Origin: Octopus sinensis
Lineage: Eukaryota
Direction: 5' to 3'
Assembly (NCBI RefSeq): GCF_006345805.1
Contig: NC_042999.1
Location: 120,528,001-120,592,000 of the forward strand
DNA: 64,000 nucleotides
Positions 43,960-56,283 of this stretch are shown here, one piece after another (the stretch's first letter is position 1; each line of letters begins with the position of its first letter). A program made the translations under genes and the position numbers. A model generated the notes under the pieces. It made no database searches. It had not been told where the DNA came from and saw nothing but the letters and a program-made list of their open reading frames with translations.

Positions 43960-43989
43960 AAAATCAGTACTGGCTAAAATTTCTATAGA

Positions 43990-44882
43990 AAACCTGCAGA
44001 GATGACATCTATCTCACCAATCTTCAGAGACCGCCTATCTGAATGAGGTTGCACAGCAGGCCCTTCGCACATATTTCACGAACATAGCTGTTGTAATCAA
44101 TAGCTGTGCAGTGGTTCATCCCCAATTCTTCAATACAAAACTGGACTGAAGTTGTTTGACTCATGAGTAAAAAAAAAGCAGTATAGTCGTAAGAGGAAGG
44201 AAACCACCTTCCATAAGACTCGTTGCATCCTCTTCGTGAGTACAGCCCGTAAATGTTTACGCGAAGTATCTTCTTCATACAATGTCCCTTTGTACATAAA
44301 TTTCTTCTAGGGATAGCACCATTCTCTAGCAAGTAAGGAAGCGCATCCTCCTCGGTTTTCAATTTCAATTTCTCCATCATACTAAAAAAGTTAAACGAGT
44401 TGGCTGTGTTCATACGTCTATTCAGTTCGAAAAGATCCAGAAAACACACATTTCAGAATTACGAATAGGAGGTGAGGACAGGAAGTAAACATATCTTGTT
44501 TCTAGAAAACACACAGGTGAAAATGACAAAAATGAGGTAATACAAACCTTCAAAAAATAGGCGCACGTCAAATGAAATAGACAGGCAAAGAAAATACTCG
44601 TAGCTGTCGTAGTTTTAAGCAGATAACTGCCTAGTTTGTCTCAATGGAATCAGGCACCAGTGCGTCTCTGCCTGTTTCCATAGTAACAAATTAGCCTGTC
44701 GATTGGCTAAAATCACTCAAAATTTTTAAAAAACTATTACCCTTTATTTACTAATTTATAACAAAATGAATTTACTTTCCATAATTAGCATACAAAACTA
44801 TATCAGTGCACCAAATTTGAAAACAAGTGGAACAAAATTTATTTCAAAAATAGAACTGTGACAGCAACATAAATATGATCCC
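43990..44882 (-). mobile_element. Merlin (IS1016-like) DNA transposon 5' part; transposase remnant 44024-44449
   Basis: ELGMNHCTAIDYNSYVREICAKGL...QIGG matches the Merlin L.....T.VDW.NF.RE.C......IGG segment before VEIDES; possible terminus gggatcatattt at about 44882. Confidence 0.7.
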
Positions 44883-45021
44883 AACACAACAAAACAGTTC
44901 AGTAAACCGGACAACTTCATATACTAAATTTTTATTTCATGTATCAATGTTGACCATCATGTTTTCTTGGAAGATTTTCAATTTCATATTGTGTATCTTG
45001 CCAATATTACCAATTTAAATT

Positions 45022-45185
45022 AAGTGGTGAGCTGACAGAATCGTGAGTACGCCTGGTAAAATGCTTAACAGCCTTTTGTCCGACTTTACATCCTGAGTTC
45101 AGATTCTGCCGAAATCGATTTTCATCCTTTCGGAATGGGTCAAGGTAATTAACTTACCACTCCCTCAAAACTGCTGGCTAATATT
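45022..45185 (+). mobile_element. OR2-like SINE
   Basis: ggtgagctgacagaatcgtgagtacgcc...aaatgcttaac...ctgagttcagat. Confidence 0.75.
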
Positions 45186-45524
45186 ATCAAAGGAGGTGAA
45201 TGGGATTTGTCCTCTATTATTATGCTGGAGTCTTCAAAATGTTCATCTCATGTCGCTTGTTGTTCGGACAGATAGTAGTGGGCAGGAAAGTCTATCAAAC
45301 AATATTAAACAATAATACTAGAGACGGGTGAAATATGTCCACGGTGAAATAATAATAGTATTAAACAATAATAGTAGAGACGGGTGAAATACGTCCATAA
45401 TAATAATCTTTGGTCTTATGCTCACATCATGATTTCAGTCCTCATCAGAATACTGACGTGGGATCGTGAAACAAACCACGGAGGTGAATAAGTGAGGAAT
45501 GAAATGCTTAACCCAGTTCAATGT

Positions 45525-45889
45525 GTGTGAGTGTGAGTGTGTGTAAAATATTATTGTTGTTGCTTAACCCAGTTCAATTCGGAATGAAAAGCCAATAATC
45601 AAAAACTTATATGTTCTCTATTAAATATTGTGAATTATTTTGCTTTGTTCATAGTATTAAGTTACCCTCACTAACAAAAACGCATTGCTAACAAAACACA
45701 TGTATTCAAGTGTGTGTTTGTGTGCATTTGTATGCGTTGGTGGGCCTATGTATGTGTTTGTGCGCATGTGTGTATGGATATGGATGTATGTGACTGTATG
45801 TGTGTACGTGTGAGTGTGAGTGTGTGTAAAATATTATTGTTGTTGCTTAACCCAGTTCAATTCGGAATGAAAAGCCAATAATCAAAAAC
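45525..45889 (+). repeat. 82-bp direct repeat (45525-45606 and 45808-45889)
   Basis: gtgtgagtgtgagtgtgtgtaaaatattattgttgttgcttaacccagttcaattcggaatgaaaagccaataatcaaaaac occurs twice. Confidence 0.9.
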
Positions 45890-46339
45890 GTTCCAGGCTC
45901 AACTAATCGCTCATTATTTCAGTAAAAGGGCATAAAAAATTACTTTAGAACTATACATTTTTTACCTCGAAAGAAAGTAGGTTATTGCATATGTCCATTC
46001 ACCGACCACGAAAAATCGCGTTTCATTCCCAAGTTAGTGAGGGTCATCAATGCAAACTTTATGATATTCAATGTTAGTGCCAGCTACGATCATTTTTGCT
46101 TTCTTTTTTTTTTTTGTCTTTTTTCCAATGAGGAAATGTTGGCGTTATTGAGCAAAATTATTTCTAGATGATGAATTATATGAAACCACTTAGAGACAGA
46201 AGCATCAGTTGAGAAGAAATATACACGTAAATGCGTATTTATATACGGATAAATGTGTGTGCATGTATATGTCTATATATGTACATATAAATATATATAT
46301 ATATATATATATAACTGTGTTTATGCATACATATATATG

Positions 46340-46440
<101 letters not shown>

Positions 46441-46856
46441 GTCGTATACTGTCAACTCAATGTGACAGTCCCGTGAGGGAATTACACCACCACCATTTAG
46501 CCCTAGGAAACATCGATGTCTCCTGTCGGCTTTGACACATTTTCTGTGTCCTTATATTTGCAAAGGGGAGGCAATCACCTCCGCAAGCCGCGACAAGGCA
46601 CCTGAAGACATATGTTTCTGAGTGTATTGCTCATCGTCAGTTCAGGGTAGCCTGCCTCGCTCACTGAGATGACCGCAACCTCTCTGCAACTATATATATA
46701 TATATATACATACATATATAGTCAATTCAAGCATATCCTCATTAGGGATTATAAATCCAAAATTTTACTGGTATAATCTTCATTATATTAGAAGAGTTTT
46801 CTATTGTGTTTTTTTGAAAATACATTTGTATTTATATCTCAAAAACAATTATTTGT

Positions 46857-48100
46857 TATTAGAAGTATTATAAGACGTAGGAAGGTCAGACTTGTGTAGG
46901 GTGAAAGATTGCAAAGAAAAAAGCACTATACAAGAAATTGAAAACGAATGAAACAGAAAATAGTTGGGTAAAGGAGATAAAGTATGGTCAAATTCAAAGG
47001 ATGCTGAAGATATAAAACTATGATACAAAGAAATTAAGAACTTGAGACTGATTTTTAAGTCGAATTTAAATGGACGGAATAAGATGGAAGCTATCAACAC
47101 TTGGGTAGCGTCATTCCTTAGATATGGAGCAGGGGTAATCGCATCGACAGTAGACGAACTAAACAGATTAGACAGAAAGACGAGGAAGTTGCAAACTGAT
47201 ATGGGTCACTCCACCCAAAACGTGACACAAACAGACTGTATGTAGCACGAAAAAGAGAGGGAAGAGGACTTATTGGATGCGAACACAGCATTAGAGCAGA
47301 AGAAAACAACATAGCATGGTATGTAAAAATGCCACATAACCGCTATTATTAGAAGTAGGAAGGTCAGACTTGTATAGGATGAAAGATTGCAAAGATAAAG
47401 CATTATAGAAGAAATTGAAGACGAATAAAAAAGAAAATAGGTGGGTAAAGGAAAGGAGGTATGGTAAATTTCATAGGGATGTTCAAAATAAGACAGACAC
47501 AGAAAAAAGATGGGTGTGGATGACTAAAAGTGATTTAAAACAGGAAACGGAAGTTCTAATATGTGCTACCCAAGAGCAACCACTAAGAACAATCTACATA
47601 AAATACAAAAAATAGAATAAACAACACAGCAGAAAGTGATAAGTGCAGAATCTGTGCACAAAACTGAGAAACCGTATGGCATATTAGCAGCCAATGTACG
47701 TCACTCGCTCTGAAGGAATATAAGAGACGCCACGACAATATAGCCATTGGAAACTTTGCAAAAGGTATGGACTTGACAGAGTAAAAAATTGGTACGACCA
47801 CAAACCTGAAGGCATCGTCGAAAATTGAAATGCAAAGATCCTTTGGGATTTTATGATTCAGTGCAACCATGAGACAGAGAATAGGAAGCCAGACATAGTC
47901 TTAATTGAGATAGAAAACAAACTATGCTGGATCATAGATATAGCTTGTCCAGCTGACAACAAGGTATGTGATAAGGAAGAAAGAATTGTTGGGAGAGATA
48001 TGACAGGTTAGCTTGGGAATTTAAGCAGTTGTGGTCGATGAAAAATGTAGCAGTAGTACCAATAATTGTCCGAACCCTGGAGACAGGGCAGCTACTAGGT
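46857..48100 (+). mobile_element. Decayed R4/Dong-clade element, second subfamily (thumb to RLE)
   Basis: KSNLNGRNKMEAINTW..LRYGAG, GRGL, KSDLKQETEVLICATQEQ, KCRIC..ETVWHISSQC, KILWDF, RKPDIV..IIDIACP. Confidence 0.88.
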
Positions 48101-48119
48101 TTTCGGAGGTTACAGGTTA

Positions 48120-48430
48120 GGATCGGGAGGCGTGCAGGTGCATATCTACATCTGTTGTAACGTGCAATATTAGAAGCAATGTTTCCGTTATCTAAGCAAG
48201 AGTAGCTCACCATGACGTTATGTAGATTAAAGAGCTTTTAATACTTTTGTGTCAAAGAGCTTTAGAGCTTGGATATCTGTTTTTGATTTAAAAGTGCTTC
48301 CCTCCGAAAATGGTTCTTAATATACAAAAAGCTCTTAGTTAAGTTGGTGGAAACTTTTAGGTTGAATTGAGAATTTAACCAAAATACGTTTTTCTTTCCG
48401 GTCCTTTTTGTGTACGGAATGGGAGTTGAA
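48120..48430 (-). mobile_element. Penelope-like element RT-EN linker fragment
   Basis: KKNVFWLNSQFNLKVSTNLTKSFL..HF and NVMVSYSC..N resemble the WFNPP..VSTN and KVSYSC motifs. Confidence 0.7.
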
Positions 48431-50771
48431 GTTCCTCCATATAAGTTCACGTCACGGTGAACAAACACCTATCCAAAGCATCATTGCAAAATAGAAGCAC
48501 TCCACACAAATCTCTCCCTATCGGCTCTTGGCCGTAATCCCACTAGCTGCTATCTAGGAGGATCCTGCCTCTCAAGGGCTCTAGTCTACTGTGAGACTCT
48601 CACGCCATCTGATGTCATGACAAGGAACTATATGGAAATTATAGCCAACGACTTCAAGGGAAAATACACACATCACATGAACTCGCTCAGATGCAGGGAT
48701 AGGGAGAATTCCACATCTTTGTCTAGCTTTCTCTGGATGCTCAGTGATCTTCGGAATGAAAGATAAAGCATCGAAATATCTATCGTCATGAGGGCGCTGC
48801 CTTATTCACCCGGTACCTGCAATTGACAGCTCTGCCGCCGTGAAAGAGTGCATATCGACCGTCAACCCGCAGTACCTGTCAACCTGAAATATGAACTATC
48901 CCATTGCTGCCACCTGAGATGTATCCTCCTGGTTAGATGCAAATTACTGGCTGCCGACTATCCGGATATACTAGCTTAACATTAGTTGATTCCCCTGCAC
49001 TAGCTGCTCCCCAGGAAAAGGTTACCAGCCACCGACAACTAGTACCTGAGCCGACTGACCCACGCACGCTTATGCAACCCCTGCAAACTTCTAATTTCGT
49101 TTCCACATATTGGGCGTGTGCATGTGAATTAACACTTAAACGCACACACGTGCGTACATACACAAACGCACACTTATTCACACACACACACTGGCACCCG
49201 CATATACCCTCCTATGCGTACATACACACATGTATGTACACACAAACACTCCTACACACATATCCACACACCTATACGTATAGGTACATGCATCTACACC
49301 AGCATACATCACGCCTGCACACATAAATACAACAATGCCACACACACATAAATCACAAGATATAACACACACACATATTCACACACACATACACATACAC
49401 ACGCACACACTCACAGAGGTATACACATGCACACGCACACCCATACAACCAATAACATACCTACATTCATACATATATATATTTATGTGTGTGTATGTAT
49501 GGGCACCACACATACACACACACACAAATTCACACGTTCACCACCAGTCTTACTTCTACCAAATGCAGGCACCTAGGCGCCTCCATCTTCTTGTCCAGCC
49601 ACGCGGTCAAAGAAATTCACTTTTGTAATGGAACTGCTGTCGCTGAGCAACTGATTTTCTTTGATAATATTCTTTCATAACACATGTGATCTGCCTTGAC
49701 CAAAAGCAGCCTGTCTTCCGGTAGCCATCTTGGACTTCTTGTATCTGTGCATACAACAACCTGAAAACTGAAAGAGAAGGGCTCCTCTTAGGGGCCTGCG
49801 AAGCTTTAAGACGCACAGAACCGAATCAGACTGTTTTAAATTATACGTCTAACGCCTATTAATTGTGTTGAGTGATCTTTTCTTTCGTTCGTTCACTCAC
49901 TCATATGTATGTGTGTGTGTTGTGTGTGTATGTGTGTGTGTATTTTTCACTCATTACATATGTATATATGTGTGTGTATGTATGAATATACATGTATATG
50001 TGTTTATGTGTGTATTTATATTACAAACACGCGCACGCACGCACGTACGGACACGTTTATGTATATATATTTCTGTTGATGCTTTTTAAAAGCCTTTAAA
50101 CAGAGTAACCAGATCAATCTTTCTAAAATTAACATAGATCTGTCCGTGCAGCAGATTCGTTCTCTATTCTATCTGTTGTTGACTTTATAGTACTATTCAT
50201 TAACTAACGACGTATTATATTTAATATTGTATGTCTTTATTGGTGAGAGGGAGAGGAAGCGACAGAATGTTAAAAGTTTGAGAATAAAAGAAAAGAGTGG
50301 CGTGCTGCATGCAGAGATGTATGTGTGTTGTTTGTGTTTGTGTGTGTTTCTTAAGATAATCCTGTTCTCTGATGTCTGATGCATTCGTATTTATGAATGA
50401 TTTAGCTTTCTTTGTTTTAGGTCCTTCCAGTTTTCTGTAGGCATGCTAGTTTTCTTACAAATATTGATTTTGCTTCTGATTATACAGAACGAAGCTTTAA
50501 AATATTATTGACTTCTAGTACTATTTTTAATAGTGTCTTTCTTGACTTTAAATTTGAATTCAATAGTTTGATTGTAAATATTCAGACGAATTTTCAAGCA
50601 GCTGTGTTGTAGACTTTTAGGTTATCACAAATTATATCTGTTTAGTCATCAGTCTTCAATATTTTGACCAATTCTTTCAGTAAGACAGTTTAAAGTAGAG
50701 TCAAAGTCAGTTGGTACACACAACTAAAATCAACTCGTTACGCTTATATTATATTTGTATGTATCTGAAAC

Positions 50772-50910
50772 CGGCGAGCTGTCAGAATCGTTAACGTGGT
50801 GGGAGTTTAACGGCATTTCTCCCGGTTTTACATTGTGAATTCAAATGTCACTGAGGTTGATAATGTCTCTCGTCCCTTCATGATCGATTAAACAAGAACT
50901 AGCTAGGTAC
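50772..50910 (+). mobile_element. OR2-like SINE 5' part
   Basis: ggcgagctgtcagaatcgttaacg...gaattcaaat. Confidence 0.7.
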
Positions 50911-50927
50911 TTCTTCAATACCCAAAA

Positions 50928-51101
50928 CATAAAATATTTGCAATGCATTTCTTAATAAAATACAAATTTTAAAAAAGAATTTGATTGAAGATGCTTTTGT
51001 TGAGGAGCTCTGTGTTGTGTTATATGTGATTTTTAATGAAGATGCACATACTCTTTTTTTAATTTGTATTTTGTTAAGAAATGCATTGCAAATATTTTAT
51101 G
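50928..51101. repeat. MITE-like inverted repeat, about 50-bp arms
   Basis: cataaaatatttgcaatgcatttcttaataaaatacaaatt pairs with aatttgtattttgttaagaaatgcattgcaaatattttatg. Confidence 0.75.
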
Positions 51102-52978
51102 CCTTGGATAATGAAGTTTTCGGATCTAGGTAAAAATTCAGACCCGAAATCTAGGCTCAAAATCAACAATCTAACCCTAAAGCCAAGCCCGTAAATCTAA
51201 CTGAACACGGAAACCTATCTTTAACTAATTGTACACCCCAATCTTATGACCCCAAACTAAACATTTATTTTATTTTACAGGATTGTAGCCTCCTAGGTCT
51301 ATTACATCTAATGCAGAAAAAAATATGTTGAAAATAGAAAACTTACATCTAATTGTGTATTCTGTGAAAAGCTGACAAAAAGTACATTTATATAAAATAA
51401 AAGCTTGAAACTTTTTTCACAATCATATAAGCATTGTAGCGTTTAAGATCAGTGCAGACATTATGGAGTGTTGAAGACTTCGCTTCACAAGCTTTTGGTT
51501 CCTCAATATAAAAGAAGTCAAAACCACTTCTTAAATACACTACACTAGCAATATTGAAATTAAGACATTTCTGCATTATTTTCAAGGTTTATGAATGTGA
51601 AGGTATTTGAATTGTCAGAAGCAAATGGTTTTCACACCAGTTTGTGTGTGCTTTCACCCAAGATGAAACTATTAGTACAGGGAAATAAAATTATATTAAG
51701 TAGACTGCCGGCTAGATACTATCGCGTGCTATGTTGCCATTATTGTATTTGGATCTATCAAACACTTTAATTAGATTCCTAATTAACGCAAGTCAACAAG
51801 AGACTTGGAACAATTAACAACAAATATACGTGATATGATACTTTCCTGCATGGATATTAAAGCTTACTTCGTGGCATCTGAGTATTTCTGCATTTGTTAA
51901 TAAAGTAAAGCTTAGGGAAGACTCCTATCGTGCAGGGATGCCTACGTAGCGGTATCAAGAACGTTTATCACTCGCAATGATCATTGTGAACGGAAGTCTC
52001 CAAGAAAAACAATCTCTTAATCATGTCATGAAGCTCCTGTATTATCAAGTGTCCTACTCAGCGGATATTAAAATAATAGCTCATAAGAACAATTTCTCTT
52101 CACATCAAAGCGGATTTCACCGCATCGGTACAGACTAAATACTTTCACTTTTGAGAAAATATCTGCTTCTGCGAAGATACATATTTTTATTGATGGAGTG
52201 GAAACGAAGAAGTCCCGTCATTTCCTAATGTAAGAAAAAAATGTGTTACAATGAAGTGGAAAATGTATATTTATCAATTTCAAAGTTTCCTGAAGAGAAA
52301 AAAATAGGTAAAAAAATAACTTTTCTATGATTTTGTATCATTTAGTTTCTATCTCTATCACTATTTCTTTACATATACATATATGTGTCTATGTATATTC
52401 GTATATATATGAGTGTGCGTGCGTGTGCGTGCGTGCATGAGTGCGTATGCGTGTGTGCGTGCGTATGTGTGGGGGTGGTGTACGATATGCCTTGAAGACG
52501 GAACTTAAATTAAAATCACCAGTGTTTTTACTTTCTGCTGCAATGTATAAATGTCCGTGTTTGTGAGCACGTGCGTGTTAATTTTGATGTCATGAAATAT
52601 TTCCATTTCATGAATGGAAGAAAATTACTTTGCTGTACCGACAGTATAATCAAGAAAAAATTCAGGTTTCGTGGTACAAGTTTTAGAAATCTTCTATAAT
52701 TTTATTTTAGGCTTAAGTCTATGTTTAAGAGGAAATTAAGCAAACTATTTTAGTACCTCACTGTACTGTTTTCGCTAAGTCATAGAACACAAGAAGAGGA
52801 AAACAAACCTTGACTTGAAGTAGTATAAATACGTGTTAGAGGTTGTTTAGCATTATTTAATTTCGGCAAGTTTAGCTTTCGTGCTTTGAGGTTCGATAAT
52901 ATTACATACCAGCCACTTGCTCTCCTCCTAACACTTCTGGACTTAGTGCCAAACTTGAAGCCATTATTATTATCATTA

Positions 52979-53205
52979 TGGTGACGAGTTGACACAATCG
53001 TTAACGCACTGAACGAAATGCTTAGCGGTATTTTGCCTGTTGCTACGTTCTATCTTGAAATTCCGCCGAGGTTGACTTTGCCTTTCATCCTTTCGGAGTC
53101 GATAAAATAAGTACCAGTGAAGCATAGCAATCATTGTAATTGATTTACACCTTCCCACGAAAATGCTGGCCTTGTACCAAAGTTTGAAACTATTATTATT
53201 ATTAC
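52979..53205 (+). mobile_element. OR2-like CORE-SINE, near full length, with (ATT)n tail
   Basis: gaaatgcttagcggtattt...gaaattccgccgaggttgactttgcctttcatcctttcggagtcgataaaataagtacc. Confidence 0.85.
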
Positions 53206-53623
53206 TACTAACATTTTGTCCTTTCAAGAATTTTGTTCCATATGTCCTTTTCTTTAAATTATTATTTGACTTTTCCAATTTAACTCTGTTTTGCATTTTT
53301 TTTCTCTTAAATATTAATGTTTCTTCTGTTGATTGTATCTTATTCCAATGTTCTGATTCTGTAAGATAATTCAAGAGAATTGTTTCATTTCTTTCAACTA
53401 TTGGTCATTGATTTGTACGTTTTGTACTCTATCACTTCTATCTCCCGTCTATTTGTGAATTTCTCTTTATCGACTCAAATATTTCGTCGATGTCACATAT
53501 CTTTATATTGAATTGTTTTTAGCTTCAGCATCATCAACAATTTCATGACCATCAAACACTATTATCATCGACATATCATTATAATCTTATTATTTATTCT
53601 AACCTATAGACACAGACGTATTT

Positions 53624-53980
53624 GTGTGGTAAGAAGATCGCTTCCCAACCACACGATTCCGGACTCAGTCCCACTGCGTGACACCTTGAGTATAATGTGT
53701 TCTAGTATAGCCTCAGGTCGACTAAAGACTTGTAAGTGGATTTCGTAGACGGAAATTGAAAGAAGCCCGTCGTATTTGTGCGTGTGTATGTGCACGCGCA
53801 CCCTTGTCTTTGTTTGGCTCCACCACTGTCTGATAACCGGTACTGGTATGCTTACGTCCGCGCAACTTAGCGGGTCGGCAAAAGAAAACGATAAAATAAT
53901 TACCAGGCCTACTGAGGTAGATTAATCTGACTAAAATTTCAAAGCCGTGTCCTAACAAGGCCGCAGTCTAATGACTAAAA
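53624..53980 (+). mobile_element. OR1-like tRNA-derived SINE
   Basis: gtggtaagaag..cttcccaaccac head; cagtctaatgact tail; 3' half matches 2190-2402. Confidence 0.75.
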
Positions 53981-54149
53981 CTGATGAAACATACAAGATA
54001 TTACTGTTAAGTGTAAATGTTTATTATTGTCGTTGTTTAAGGCATTACGCACAATGTACTGTGATATCAAATCTGTTTTGTAGTGTCATGCAAACCAGAA
54101 ACGTGATTTTTATTAGTAAGTATAAGATAAGAATCTTGCATGAAATTCC

Positions 54150-56280
54150 TTGCCTTTCATTACAGAATGGTAGAATTGTTGTAACTGCAGAAAGAGGTTG
54201 TGAGTGACGAAAGTATTCTAGGAAACTTCAGCTCTGGAAAATATGTTCATGCAAATATTTGTGTGTTAATATAGACGCTGTAGACAACAGGGATGAGAAG
54301 AGAACAAGAAATATGTGTTTAGTGATTGTATTAGAGGGATGTACAGAAGGCTAGAACCATTGTCTTACAGAATCTTGACATACAACGGCCAAGCAATTAT
54401 GCAAACCAATCATTATATCGTTGAGTTAAGACTTATCAACCGACCAAATGATCTTCTCTTTATGCATCCTAAAATATTCGATAGAAAATATGCCATACCA
54501 TCCCGTATATTTGACAGCGGTACTTACATATGTTTTGCACTAACGATATACTTAGGTTTTGAAATATAGCTGCCAATGTCATATGTTAGAGCAGAAGAAT
54601 AGATTGTCGACGTTGGTGAGTCGTTCCATCAGTTGATAATCTTTTGGCTTCACTTTGTAGGGTAAGACTATTTCCTTTGAAATAATAGCTATTCTGCTGC
54701 AGGAGAATATGTTGCATAAACTGTCTGAAGTATATTCTTAAGGCTTTTCTTTATGGAACATTGAAATTGCGATGAGAAAAATTGAAATTACGAACGGATA
54801 AATACAGCGTGTCTGCTAAATATAGAGTGACAGAAATAAATGGGAATAGATATTGATAGAAAGCATAAAAACAACACAGGGTCAAAGTGATAAAGGTGGC
54901 GGTTCTTTATTCTTAAATCCATTCATTTTCTGCTGTTGGAAATACAACAGACTAGTAAGTAGTCGCCAAATTCTATTGCGGCTGTTTTCATGGAAATGGC
55001 GTGTAATCTTGTGATCTTATGGAGTAAATAGATCCTTACAGAGAACGACAGGTTGACGTATTTGGCAACAACAAAAGATAACTCTAGACTTCAGTGTTTA
55101 TGAAAATTATAAAAGATATTACAGGACAAAATAACTTAGCTGAACCGAAAGAATATAAAAAGTCATCGAAATTGACATATGTATGCACATTGTGGCGAGA
55201 ATAGCTTCGCAAATGTTTTTTGCGGAGTTGATTTGGAAGTAAGTAACAAATTTAATGGTTAAACTAGTCCAAGGGGTTTTACAGAACATCTTGATAAGGG
55301 AATAGTTGTTGTTGTTGTTTGTTCCTTCTTGAGCCATTCCTGGCTCATAAGGGCCGGTTTCCCGGTTTCTTGACGTATAGGTTCCCCACCTGGACGGGAC
55401 GCCGGTCCATCGCAGGTGAGCTGCAAGATGCAGGAGGAAAGAGTGAGAGAAAGTTGTGGCATTACTTTCTGCCGGAGCCGCGTGAAGCTTAGGTGTTTCG
55501 CTCATAAACACACACATCGTCCTGTCTGAGATTCGAACCCGCGATCCCTCGACCGTGAGTCCGCTGTTCTAACCACTAGGCCATGTGCCTCCACCATAAA
55601 GGAATAGTTGATAGAATTAGTTTACAAAATTAGTGGAAACTAGCTCTCTTTTTAACGGTACAATCATTTCTGTTACATCAATACATTTTCTAGCGTCTAG
55701 ATTATTAACCTGCAGTCATTGACATAGCGAGTTAATAATATGTTGATAATAATACGGTTAAATTCTTCAAAGTTGTTTATCCTGTATTCTTGTTTACTTT
55801 ATACGTTACAAACTAAAAGTTTTTAGTGTTGTGCTCTTTCGTTGTTTGAAGAATCTTCAACATTTTGATCAGGTAGCTGACTTGAGGTATCAAAAATTCA
55901 CTTCAGATGTATTGAGCTCAGAAATATGTGACAGCTATCTCTGCGATTAGGTAGTTAGGAGACGATCGAGCTGGTGCAGAGATACATATCTGGATTAATA
56001 CTAACATTTTAGAAGTAAAAGCATTCAAATGAGTACAAAGTATCGGCGAAATCAGCAAGGTACGTGGCATTCATATTTTGTAATAAGAGACGTGATATTT
56101 TTAACAATTGAGAAGAGCATTTCGTCTTCGCTATTACGGTAGGAAAGCTATGCCGTTATAATCATTGAAGATACAGAGGAATCTGACGTTGGTGGAAAGT
56201 ATATTGAGATCGGTCCTTTCAATACAAGGTGACAGGTTATAGAATAACGCCTAGCTGTTTGCAGATGTTGCTGAGAGAGG
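54150..56280 (-). pseudogene. Possible decayed intronless Toll-like receptor (LRR-LRRCT-TM-TIR order), interrupted by a SINE
   Basis: Minus-strand fragments LKNLTVLLS (LRR), FCCCQ (LRRCT), a hydrophobic stretch, VYATYSPAAE*(W) (TIR box 1-like), KEIVLPY...ER..VDNL and FP......FC; heavily frameshifted. Confidence 0.3.
55310..55598 (-). mobile_element. tRNA-derived SINE with Meta/V-like central domain and (CAA)n tail
   Basis: Reverse complement: tggcctagtggttag (A box), ggttcgaatc (B box), acctgcgatggaccggcgtcccgtccagg, aagaaaccggg, (caa)n. Confidence 0.85.
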
Positions 56281-56283
56281 AAC

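Noticed and set aside
45425-45455. Minus-strand CTGATGA-ggact-GAAA-tcatgat HHR-like motif
   Set aside because: Stem II is essentially absent, the cleavage position would be G, and there is no stem I partner.
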